Of a stretch of 64,000 nt of DNA, positions 10,325 through 22,968 are shown in pieces. Under the pieces are notes generated by a model. The model saw only the letters and a list, made by a program, of their open reading frames with translations, was not told the DNA's origin and did no database searches. This DNA is from Candidatus Limnocylindrales bacterium (GTDB lineage: Bacteria > Chloroflexota > Limnocylindria > Limnocylindrales > CSP1-4). The stretch covers positions 15,012 to 79,011 of the forward strand of contig DASSMQ010000006.1 of assembly GCA_035688805.1 (NCBI GenBank), read 5' to 3'. The first letter of the stretch is position 1. Each line of letters begins with the position of its first letter. Position numbers and translations under genes: made by a program.

Positions 10325-11044
10325 TCAGGCCGGTTCGGCCGCGGGCTCCGATCCGGGTCCGATCGATGCCCCGAGCCAGATGGTCCAGAGCGGCACGAGC
10401 ACGCCCGACACGATCACGAGAAGGTACAGGCCGAGGTCGCCACCGACCTGCAGCACGCCCACGAGGACCGTCGCGACCAGCCCGATCGCCGTCACCCACG
10501 AGACGATGCTCCATGCCGCCGGCAGCCGTGCCCGGAAGGCGGCGTCGACGGCGAGGATGCCGATCGCGGCCAGGATGGCGGCTGCGTTGACCAGCCAGTT
10601 CTTCGCGCCCTCCAGCAGCATCTGTCCCCAGATCTGGCTGACGATCTCCGTCTCCTTGAAGCCGCAGTCGCAGTACGCGAGGTCGATCGTCACCTGCGTC
10701 GCGCCGATCAGGATGAGCTGGCCGACGGCGCCGAGGATGCCCCCGACCGCCAGACCCACGGCGATCGCGGTGCGCCTCGTATCCGTGGGTGCAAGCAGAG
10801 CGGCGAGCGCAACGCCAAGACCGGCGAGGGCGACGAAGCCGATGCCGAAGCTCATGTTGTTCAGGAAGAAGATCGGCCAGATCGCGACACGGTAGCCCTG
10901 CACCGCGAGGCGCTGCTCCACCATGTTCGACGCGCCCGTGTCAGGCGGCGTCGCGTAGAGGTTCAGGATGTCCACGAGTTGGAACGCCGTCCCGATCAGG
11001 AACAGGACACCTACGGCCCAGGCCAGCCACCGAACTGCCCTCAT
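10325..11044 (-). CDS. hypothetical multi-TM membrane protein (DUF4386-like)
   Basis: ORF 10325..11077. A GAGGAGGG RBS sits 11 nt upstream of the second ATG (MRAVRW), so I used that start. The protein is hydrophobic throughout. Confidence 0.5.
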   Translation of the reverse strand: MRAVRWLAWAVGVLFLIGTAFQLVDILNLYATPPDTGASNMVEQRLAVQGYRVAIWPIFFLNNMSFGIGFVALAGLGVALAALLAPTDTRRTAIAVGLAVGGILGAVGQLILIGATQVTIDLAYCDCGFKETEIVSQIWGQMLLEGAKNWLVNAAAILAAIGILAVDAAFRARLPAAWSIVSWVTAIGLVATVLVGVLQVGGDLGLYLLVIVSGVLVPLWTIWLGASIGPGSEPAAEPA

Positions 11045-11196
11045 CTGCACGTCGCCCTCCTCGAAGTGTCCGGACACCGGCGATTGTAGGGGCGCGTCGG
11101 CTGCATCTCGCCACCATCTGCTACCATCCGTCGTCGCGCCGCCGCCCTCGCGCCGCGCGAACCCGATCAGATCCCACGCACGTGAGGTTCTCCCCC

Positions 11197-11847
11197 TTGG
11201 CCAAGACGCCCCGCACCTGGACCGGCGCGCGGACCCCGTCGGGACTCAAGCGCGTCCGGCAGGCGAATAGCCGCCACGAGGTGCTTGGTCCGCGTCGGAG
11301 TGCCGCCAAGACCTTCGTCGCCAAGGCCGTCAGCGCCGCCGCCTCCACCGATGCCGAGGCAGCCACCGCCGCACTGACCGAGGCGCTGTCGGCGCTCGAT
11401 CGAGCCGCCAAGGCGGGCGCGATCCACCCGAACGCGGCCGCCCGACGCAAGTCGCGGCTGACCCGCAAGGTCAACGCCGCGGTCGGTGGGACGGGCGTCC
11501 AGGCCGGCGGCCGGGTCGCCAAGCAGACCGGCAAGGCCGCCGCGGCCAAGGCCGCCAAGGCGCGCATCGCCGCCGGCAAGTCGACCAAGGCCAAGGGCGC
11601 TCAGACGGCCGCCGGCAAGGCGCGCGCCGCGCTGTCGAAGACGGCTCGGGCAGAAGCCGCCGCGGCGAAGGCCGCCCAGGCGTCCTCAGCAGAGACCCCC
11701 GCGCCCGCGGCCGTGAAGCCGGCGCGGCCGGCCGCGAAGGCCACGGCCACCAAGAAGCCGACCACCGCCAAGGCAGGCGCCACGAAGGCGGCGTCGAGGT
11801 CGACGGCGACGAAGTCCGCGACCGCTCGGAAGACCACCAAGAGCTAA
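11197..11847 (+). CDS. rpsT: 30S ribosomal protein S20 with a ~130-aa Lys/Ala-rich histone-H1-like C-terminal extension
   Basis: A GAGG RBS is followed by a TTG start. The core GLKRVRQANSRHEV..RRSAAKTFVAKAV...LDRAAKAGAIHPNAAARRKSRLTRKVNAA matches S20. The tail is KAAAAKAAKARIAAGKSTKAKGAQTAAGKARAALSK... Confidence 0.8.
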   Translation: MAKTPRTWTGARTPSGLKRVRQANSRHEVLGPRRSAAKTFVAKAVSAAASTDAEAATAALTEALSALDRAAKAGAIHPNAAARRKSRLTRKVNAAVGGTGVQAGGRVAKQTGKAAAAKAAKARIAAGKSTKAKGAQTAAGKARAALSKTARAEAAAAKAAQASSAETPAPAAVKPARPAAKATATKKPTTAKAGATKAASRSTATKSATARKTTKS

Positions 11848-11889
11848 GTGGACGGGGTCCGGCGACGGGCCCCTCTCGGTACCGTCGAC

Positions 11890-11911
11890 CGCCCCGGCAC
11901 CAGCCGGGGCG
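11890..11911. terminator. bidirectional hairpin between the convergent rpsT and lipoprotein genes
   Basis: cgccccggc-acca-gccggggcg is a 9-bp GC stem with a 4-nt loop. There is no U-tract, which is common in high-GC genomes. Confidence 0.4.
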
Positions 11912-11926
11912 TCGTCATGCCGCCCC

Positions 11927-12729
11927 CTACTGGAAGCACCACCCCCGCGCTTCGAGGGCTTTTCGCTCGAGATCGGACAGGGCGATCACGAACGCCGTCT
12001 GGTCGAATGCCTTGTACAGCTCGAAGCGCCGTCCCGGGCTGGCGATGAGGGCGTCGATCGGGGCGAGGATGCCGGGATCGATCCAATCCTCGAGGTAGGC
12101 CGGGTGGAGCTCGTGGACGCCGTCCGCGAGGCTGAACCTGACCGTGACCGGACCCTTCGACCCAGCCCATGTCTCGGTGATGTCACCCGGATCGAACGCC
12201 CCGCCCGAGATCTCGCTCCAGGCGGCCAGGGTCTGGACGTACACCTCGTTCTCCGGGGCGACGTCCGCCTCGAGGTCCTGCCACCAGACGCGGGCGTGGT
12301 CCTGCTGAGCGACGGCGAGGTCGAGCATGGCGGGCGGGAGCTCGACGGACCCGCTCGGGTCGCTCGCGGCAGTCTGGCCGGACCCATCTCCGGCGCTGCC
12401 CCAGGTCTCGGCGATACCGTCCTTGACGTAGGCCGTCAGGTCGGCCTCCGAGAGCTCGGCCTGATCCGCGAAAAGGCCGATCGCCCGCAGGTCGGCTACG
12501 CGTTGGGCGATCGTGGCGTCGGTCGCCGGCGGCAGCGGGTCGGCGTCGCAGGCCGCGCTGGCGACATTCGTCGGTCGGGGCACGTCGACACGGGTCGAGC
12601 CGAGCCCGGGCACGTCGACGAACTCACCCGAGCCGACGCCGCCCGTCGGCGGAGCCGCACACGCGGCGGCGAGGACGCCGGCGACGAGGCTGGCCGCGAT
12701 CGCCGCGACCGCCGCGCGGAGACGCCCGC

Positions 12730-12733
<4 letters not shown>
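11927..12733 (-). CDS. secreted protein, probable lipoprotein
   Basis: Signal peptide MSGRLRAAVAAIAASLVAGVLAAAC. The start ATG overlaps the upstream gene's stop (ATGA). Confidence 0.55.
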
Positions 12734-17035
<4,302 letters not shown>

Positions 17036-17042
17036 ACATGGG

Positions 17043-17067
17043 AAGGCCCCGCCATCGGCGGGGCCTT
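17043..17067 (-). terminator. hairpin downstream of the small zinc-ribbon gene
   Basis: aaggccccgcc-atc-ggcggggcctt is an 11-bp stem with a 3-nt loop. Confidence 0.4.
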
Positions 17068-17089
17068 CGGTCGCGTCAGAGGACGGGCT

Positions 17090-17230
17090 TCAGCCGCCGA
17101 TCTTGAAGACCTTGTTGCCGCAGATCGGACAGGTGCCCTGCAGGGCGGGCTTGCCGTTCTTCATCGTGATCCGCTGGGCGTTCTGGACTTCCACTTTTCG
17201 CTTGTCCTTGACGCAGTAGGCCTCAGCCAT
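17090..17230 (-). CDS. 46-aa zinc-ribbon protein of a family conserved in Actinobacteria (DUF5679-like; family name from memory)
   Basis: Not in the ORF track because it is under 60 aa. A GGAGGAG RBS sits 6 nt before the ATG. It encodes MAEAYCVKDKRKVEVQNAQRITMKNGKPALQGTCPICGNKVFKIGG with a C..C..CPxCG motif. Confidence 0.7.
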   Translation of the reverse strand: MAEAYCVKDKRKVEVQNAQRITMKNGKPALQGTCPICGNKVFKIGG

Positions 17231-17299
17231 CTGGGCTCCTCCTCGTTCGATCGAGCGTCACGGGAACCTTTGTCCCGCATCCGCTCCTTGGGTGTCGCG

Positions 17300-18166
17300 C
17301 TAGGTGGTCCACAGCGACGGCCGCCAGCGGTCCGTCGCGGCAGTCCGCTTCTGGGCATCGATCGTCGCCAATACGAGCAGGCTCTCGAGACCAGTCGCCA
17401 CGCACGCTGCCTCGGCAGCGTCCTTGGCCGATCCCTCGACGAACTCGCCGGTCGTCCGGTTCGCGTAGACCGCGCAGACGACCCCGGCCCGTGCGCCGGC
17501 GAGCGATGCGAACACCAGCAGTGCCGATGCCTCCATCTCGAAGTTCATGACGCGCTGGCGCGCCATGGTCTCCGCGAGGTCAGGGTAGCGGATGGGCAAC
17601 TGGGGGATCGGGCGTCCCTGCGCACCGAAGAACCCCGGCGCCGTCGCCGTCACCCCGACGTGATACCGGTAGCCGAGCCGCTCCGCCGCCTCGATGAGGG
17701 CCATCGTCGCCTCGAGATCGGCGACCGCGGGATACCCATCGTGGACGTACCAGCTCGTCGTCGTCTCGAGCCGCACCGCTCCGGTCGTGATGACCAGGTC
17801 ACCCAGGGCCATCTCCGGCTGGAGCGCGCCGCACGAGCCGACCCGGATGAAGGTCGGACGATGCGTGATCGCCAGGATCTCGGCCACGGCGATCTCGACG
17901 TTGTCCGTGCCGATGCCGGTCGACACGACCGACACCCGCTGTCCTCGATACGTGCCGGTCGCCGATGCGAACTCCCGGTGTCGGTGCTCGAGCTCGACGG
18001 AATCGAAGCGCGAGGCGATCCGTGTCGTTCGGTCCTGGTCCCCGGGGAGGAGGATGTACTCGGCCAGGTCTCCCGGTCCGAGTCCGATGTGGTACTGCCG
18101 TTCCCCGTCGGGGATCGCTATGCGGCGATCTCGCGGGCTTTCGACGCGGGTATCCGCGTTCGGCAA
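17300..18166 (-). CDS. nucleoside phosphorylase (PNP/UDP family, uridine-phosphorylase-like)
   Basis: 288 aa. The motifs VLLPGDQDR, STGIGTDN and FEMEASAL are typical of PNP_UDP_1 family enzymes. Confidence 0.8.
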   Translation of the reverse strand: MPNADTRVESPRDRRIAIPDGERQYHIGLGPGDLAEYILLPGDQDRTTRIASRFDSVELEHRHREFASATGTYRGQRVSVVSTGIGTDNVEIAVAEILAITHRPTFIRVGSCGALQPEMALGDLVITTGAVRLETTTSWYVHDGYPAVADLEATMALIEAAERLGYRYHVGVTATAPGFFGAQGRPIPQLPIRYPDLAETMARQRVMNFEMEASALLVFASLAGARAGVVCAVYANRTTGEFVEGSAKDAAEAACVATGLESLLVLATIDAQKRTAATDRWRPSLWTT

Positions 18167-18293
18167 GACCTCTCCTCGTGCACGTAGCGTGCTTCGCGGG
18201 CGCGAAACTCGGGCGAGGATAGTCCGCTGATTCTGCGAGCGTCAAGCACGCTCGCGCACGCTTGACGCCCGCACGACGCCTGTTCAGCCGCGC

Positions 18294-21200
18294 TCAGCCC
18301 CCGTTCACCGTCCGGCCAACGCCCTCCGGCGGTCGTGCCCGCCCGCCGATCGACGCCAGGCGGGTCGCGACGCGGGCCGCCACCAGCCGTCGCGCATGGC
18401 GCCGCCGCAGGGTGGCGGCGACCACCGACAAGGCACCGACCCCGGTCAACCCGAGCAGGCTCGCGCCGGCACCCGGCAGGAGTCCCGGGTCCGCCCCGAA
18501 CCCCGCCACCTGCATCTCGGGCGCGGAGCGCTCGCCCGTCGTGCCGATGGCGGCGGTGCCAGCCTCCGGTGAGCTGGCGGGCGTCGGGTTTCCCAGCCCG
18601 TCCAGGCCGCTGCCGAGGACGATCGTCGAGGGGTCGTCGACCACGACGACCGTCTGGCCGTCCTCGTCGCGACGCACTCGGCCGACGACGTTGATGGCGT
18701 CGCGTGGCTCGATCAGCCCGAGCCAGCCGGCGGCCTCCCCGGTCAGGACGATCGACCCGACGGACGTGCCGTCGTCCAGTCGGAAGCCGGTGGGCCGCAG
18801 CTCCACCACCAACCCGCCGACCCGCACGGTCGCGCCGAGAAGCGCCTCCAGGTCGGCCAGGTCGGCATCGGCCACGGTCCGACCGACACCCGGGGCTCCC
18901 GATGACAGGACCGGACCCTCGGTCGAGGTCACGGCGACGCCGCTGTCACCCCCGGAGCGACGATCGCTCGCCCGCGGCACGCTCGTCACGTGCACGTCCG
19001 CCGAGCCCCTCGGCAGCACCGCTGGCCGTCGGTCCGTCGCACTCGGATAGGCCGGGCGGACGATCCCGACGATCTCGGCGGTCCCGCCGGCGCCGAGCAC
19101 CGTGCTGGGAATCGCGGCACCGGGCTGGCCGATCACGACGAGGGACTGCGCGCCGCTGATCACCTCCGCGCGCCAGCGGTCGCCGAGCTTGTGGACCGCA
19201 TCGACCCGGCCCGCGATCGATACGAGGCGCCACGTATGCGCGGCCCCGAGGGCGCCGGCCACGCGGAGTGGCGCCGGGATCGATGCCGAGCCGAGGCGGT
19301 CGAGGCTGGTCGCCCGCAGGCGCGGAGCGCCGTAGGCCGATCCGATCCGGCCGACCGCCCGGATCCTCGACCCGACCCCCGGGGCCGACGCGGTCTTGGG
19401 CACGAGCACTTCGATCGCGCCACTCGGGTCCTGGACGACGATCCGTCGGCCCGTCGAATCGAGCAAGGTGGCCGGCGCGGTCACGACCGCCTCGATCGCG
19501 ACATCGCGATCGGTGACCCGCCGGGCGGCCGCGATGGATAGCACGGTCGGAGTGCCGCCGGTCGTGGTCGATCCATTCGGCTTGGGCTTCGGGGTCGGCG
19601 TCGGGGCGTGACTCGGTGACGGGGTCGGCGTCGGCGCAGGAACCGTGAGCACGACGTCTGCAGGATCCCGGGCCCAGATCCGATAGCCGTCCGGCTGGTC
19701 CTTCTTCGACGCGCGCTGGCCCGCGATGCCGGTGACCCGGTACCGGGCCCATAGGTCGAAGGCCGAGGTCCCCAGCCCGCTCGAAGCGTCGGTCATCACC
19801 CGGACTCGCGTGCCGTCCGAGGTCTCGATCGTGACCGTGATGTCGTTGCTCGTCGACTTCACCGGCCGGACGACCACGAGACCGTCGAAGCGGACGAGCT
19901 TCGCCTCGGACGACTCGTCCGGACCACTCGGGGGAACGACCGCCGGCTCCGGCAGGACGCCAACGCCCTCGACGTGCAGGTCGCTGGCGAGGGGTCGGAT
20001 CTCGGTCTGCCCGTACGGATCGGCGAGCGGACCACGGACCCACACGACCTGGCCACGACTGGGTGCCGGCAGCTCGGCGGGGAGTCGCACGATCAGCGCG
20101 CCGGTCGCATCCTGGACCGGGAACAAGGCAGGCGTCCCCACCCGGCCGGGCTCGGCCGTGACGACGCCACGGATCGCGACGCTCGTGCCGACCGGCATCG
20201 TCCGGGCCGTCCCGATGGCCATCGCTTCGGCGGGCGGCGCCGACGTGGCGGTCGGGGTCGGGATCGGGGTCGGGGTTACGGTCGGGGTCGCGGTCATGTC
20301 GGCAGTCGGCGTGGGCTCGGGCGTCGCGGTAGGGTCCTCGGTCGGCGTGGTAGATGGGGCCGAGGTCGGGGAAGGCGCAGGCGTCGACGTCGGCACGGGG
20401 GTCGAGGTCGGCAGGGCGAGCTGCAGGTCGCCCGGCGCCGTGACATAGAGCCGATAGCCGCCGGTGCCGGTCCCGGAGCTGTCGCGCTGCCCGAGCGGGC
20501 CGACCGCGGTGACCATGGTCCCTTGCGAAACAGGCCTGCCCGCAACGGCCGTCGGCGTGACGACCACCCGGACGGGTCCGGAACCGTCGTCGATCGAGAA
20601 GGCCGTCCCGTCGGCGAGGGCCTCGTCGGCGCCCGTGACCGAACCCTGCGCCTCGAGCCGAGTACCTTCGAGCAGCTCGGTTGCGCCGCCGGTCGTCGTG
20701 CCGAGGGCTGGCGGGACACCAGGGTTGCCATCAACCATCACCGCACCCTGGGTGATGCGCAGCGTTCGCTGGGCATAGCGAGAATCGACCTCGCCGTGCA
20801 CGTGGATGGCAGTACCCGCAGCGATCGGGTCGACCACCACCGCGTCAAGGTAGAGGGCGATCCCACCGGTCGCGTCCTGGACGAAGGCAGTCCGACCGGC
20901 CTCGAGCGCGCCGAGGTCCGTGGTCAGGACGCCTGAGATCGTGACGACGGATCCATCGGGCAAGGCGCGGGCGGCAACGATGGACGTCGTGGGCGGAGGC
21001 GTCGGCGTCGGTGCCGGGGAGACGGTCGGGACTGGCGTGGGCTCCGGCGTGGGCGGCATGGTCGGCTCCGGCGTGGGCGGCACGGTCGGCTCCGGCGTTG
21101 GCGCCGGGGTGGGCGGCACGGTCGGCTCCGGCGTGGGCGGCACGGTCGGCTCCGGCGTCGGCGCCGGGCTGGGCGGCGCGGTCGGCTCGGGCATCGGCGC

Positions 21201-21965
21201 CGGGGTGGGCTCGATCGTCGGCACCGGCGACGCAGTCGGACCGGGGGTGGCCGTCGCCGTCGGACTGGGCGACAGCGTCGGCACGGCGGTCGGCGTGGCC
21301 GTCGGCGTCGGGCTCGGGCTCGCGACGGGGGCAGGGATCGGCGGTGACGCTACATCCTGCGGTCCCGGCGTCGCCGACACGAACCAATCAGCGCCATTGG
21401 CGTTCGTGTCGATGGCGTTGCCGAGGACTCCACCAGGGCGCCGTTCGAGGCTGGATCCCGCGGGTGGCGCGGCAGCCGCCGTCCCCTCGACGAAGGCGTT
21501 GGTCGCATCACCCCAGCCGATCGCGTCGATCACCGAACCACCGACCACGCGCAGCGCGACCGACCCTCCGGTCGCGGCGAAACCGCCCGAGTACGTCGCA
21601 TCGCCGAACCCGACGTAGGAGCCAGCGCCATTGACGATGAGCGTCCGCTGTCCGGGACCAAGGATCGTCGACGTCGACCAGGTCGCCTTGCGCGTGACCG
21701 TCGAGCCGGTCGACGTCGCGTACACGACCTCGAGCCCGACCAGATCGGCAGGACCCGTACCCTGATTGGCGATCTCGACGAACTCGTCCGATGCGCTCGA
21801 GCCGCCGGTCTGGATCTCCGACACGACGAGCGTGGATACCGGCCACGCGGCCGACGCCGCGAGTGCGACGTCCCCCAGCCGTGCGCTGTGTGTGGGTCCG
21901 CTCGACAGGCAGACGGCGACGACGAGGGCGAGCGCGGTGGTCCCCGCGCGCCGGGCGCGTTGCAT
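18294..21965 (-). CDS. large surface-anchored protein with an N-terminal lamin-tail domain (LTD), Pro/Thr-rich linkers and a C-terminal TM anchor
   Basis: 1223 aa with a signal peptide. ISEIQTGGSSASDEFVEIANQGTGPADLVGLEV is the LTD signature. Three PT-rich linkers are present. The C-terminus LLGLTGVGALSVVAATLRRRHARR is a TM segment plus a basic stop-transfer. Confidence 0.8.
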   Translation of the reverse strand: MQRARRAGTTALALVVAVCLSSGPTHSARLGDVALAASAAWPVSTLVVSEIQTGGSSASDEFVEIANQGTGPADLVGLEVVYATSTGSTVTRKATWSTSTILGPGQRTLIVNGAGSYVGFGDATYSGGFAATGGSVALRVVGGSVIDAIGWGDATNAFVEGTAAAAPPAGSSLERRPGGVLGNAIDTNANGADWFVSATPGPQDVASPPIPAPVASPSPTPTATPTAVPTLSPSPTATATPGPTASPVPTIEPTPAPMPEPTAPPSPAPTPEPTVPPTPEPTVPPTPAPTPEPTVPPTPEPTMPPTPEPTPVPTVSPAPTPTPPPTTSIVAARALPDGSVVTISGVLTTDLGALEAGRTAFVQDATGGIALYLDAVVVDPIAAGTAIHVHGEVDSRYAQRTLRITQGAVMVDGNPGVPPALGTTTGGATELLEGTRLEAQGSVTGADEALADGTAFSIDDGSGPVRVVVTPTAVAGRPVSQGTMVTAVGPLGQRDSSGTGTGGYRLYVTAPGDLQLALPTSTPVPTSTPAPSPTSAPSTTPTEDPTATPEPTPTADMTATPTVTPTPIPTPTATSAPPAEAMAIGTARTMPVGTSVAIRGVVTAEPGRVGTPALFPVQDATGALIVRLPAELPAPSRGQVVWVRGPLADPYGQTEIRPLASDLHVEGVGVLPEPAVVPPSGPDESSEAKLVRFDGLVVVRPVKSTSNDITVTIETSDGTRVRVMTDASSGLGTSAFDLWARYRVTGIAGQRASKKDQPDGYRIWARDPADVVLTVPAPTPTPSPSHAPTPTPKPKPNGSTTTGGTPTVLSIAAARRVTDRDVAIEAVVTAPATLLDSTGRRIVVQDPSGAIEVLVPKTASAPGVGSRIRAVGRIGSAYGAPRLRATSLDRLGSASIPAPLRVAGALGAAHTWRLVSIAGRVDAVHKLGDRWRAEVISGAQSLVVIGQPGAAIPSTVLGAGGTAEIVGIVRPAYPSATDRRPAVLPRGSADVHVTSVPRASDRRSGGDSGVAVTSTEGPVLSSGAPGVGRTVADADLADLEALLGATVRVGGLVVELRPTGFRLDDGTSVGSIVLTGEAAGWLGLIEPRDAINVVGRVRRDEDGQTVVVVDDPSTIVLGSGLDGLGNPTPASSPEAGTAAIGTTGERSAPEMQVAGFGADPGLLPGAGASLLGLTGVGALSVVAATLRRRHARRLVAARVATRLASIGGRARPPEGVGRTVNGG
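21040..21200. repeat. tandem 24-bp repeats encoding (PTPEPTVP)n in the LTD protein linker
   Basis: ggctccggcgtgggcggcacggtc repeats about six times. The same repeat appears in the antisense ORFs as VGSGVGGTVGSGVG. Confidence 0.7.
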
Positions 21966-22143
21966 GGGTGTCCTCCCGGCGGGGACGAGCGGACGGCGGC
22001 GCGACGGGATTGATAGCAGGGGCCGCCCATCTCGGCCTCGCCGCCAGGTTCACTCGCGCTGCACGCAGGCTGCACGCACGCTTCGCTCCGGATCTCCTCG
22101 TATCGCATGGAGCCGGATGGCGCCTGTGCGCCGTTCGACTACG

Positions 22144-22926
22144 ATGACCGGCAACCCGCACGTCCATGCAGGACCGTCACCAGGAGACGCCGTGGCCCGC
22201 GCCAAGAGGACCGCCAGGGCAGAAGCCCGTCGCCGCTACCGAGCGGACCAGCCAGCATCGGTCGAGACGCCGCTCGCCGACGACCCGCCCGACCCTCGCC
22301 CGCGGGACCGGACCGTCGCCCGAGCGACGCCTGCGCCGACCGGTCGGCGCAGCTTCGCCGGGGCCTTCCGTGATGCGTTCCGACCGCTTGACCTGCGCGG
22401 CGACCTGCAGGCGCTGCCGCGGATCGCGCTACGAACGAACGCCCTCTGGATCCCGGTGGCGTTGACCCTGCTCAGCCTTGTGCTGTTCCTTGTCATCCGG
22501 CCGGAGGGCCGCACGGACATCCTGGCTGTCGTGACGATCTTCCTGTTCCAGTACTTCATCGTGACGCCGGCCATCGGGGGCGTGTTCATCGCCGGGTTCC
22601 TGGCTCCCCGAGCGAGCTGGCTGCTGGGCGGGATCGTCGGCCTGGTGTCGGCCGCCTGCTACTCGTTCCTGGTGATCGGCGGGTTCATGAAGGTCGCGCC
22701 GACAGCGACCAGTCAGAACCTGGTCCAGGAGGTGACGCTGGCGGCCTTCGTGATGTCGCCGCTCGTCGGGGCGGTCTTCGCCTCGGCGGCAGCGTGGTAT
22801 CGCCGGTTCCTCCAGCTGTCCAACCCGAACCGGGGACGCTCGCGACCGTCGGCGTCGGAGGCGGGACGCCGACCGGACGGTCGAACCCGGGCTGGGGGGA
22901 ACCAGAAGGCGAGCGCGCGCCGCTAG
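22144..22926 (+). CDS. hypothetical membrane protein (4 to 5 TM)
   Basis: ORF 21766..22926 is trimmed to the first ATG beyond the overlap with the LTD protein. The hydrophobic core is LWIPVALTLLSLVLFLVI... Confidence 0.45.
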   Translation: MTGNPHVHAGPSPGDAVARAKRTARAEARRRYRADQPASVETPLADDPPDPRPRDRTVARATPAPTGRRSFAGAFRDAFRPLDLRGDLQALPRIALRTNALWIPVALTLLSLVLFLVIRPEGRTDILAVVTIFLFQYFIVTPAIGGVFIAGFLAPRASWLLGGIVGLVSAACYSFLVIGGFMKVAPTATSQNLVQEVTLAAFVMSPLVGAVFASAAAWYRRFLQLSNPNRGRSRPSASEAGRRPDGRTRAGGNQKASARR

Positions 22927-22968
22927 CCAGCGTTGCGCTCCGTCGAAGACGGCCCACGACGGAGCCGG

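Noticed and set aside
10789-11196. Long N-terminal extension of the rpsT ORF (352-aa ORF)
   Set aside because: The upstream part is low-complexity and overlaps the convergent membrane-protein gene. GAGG-N8-TTG at 11197 gives a canonical S20 N-terminus.
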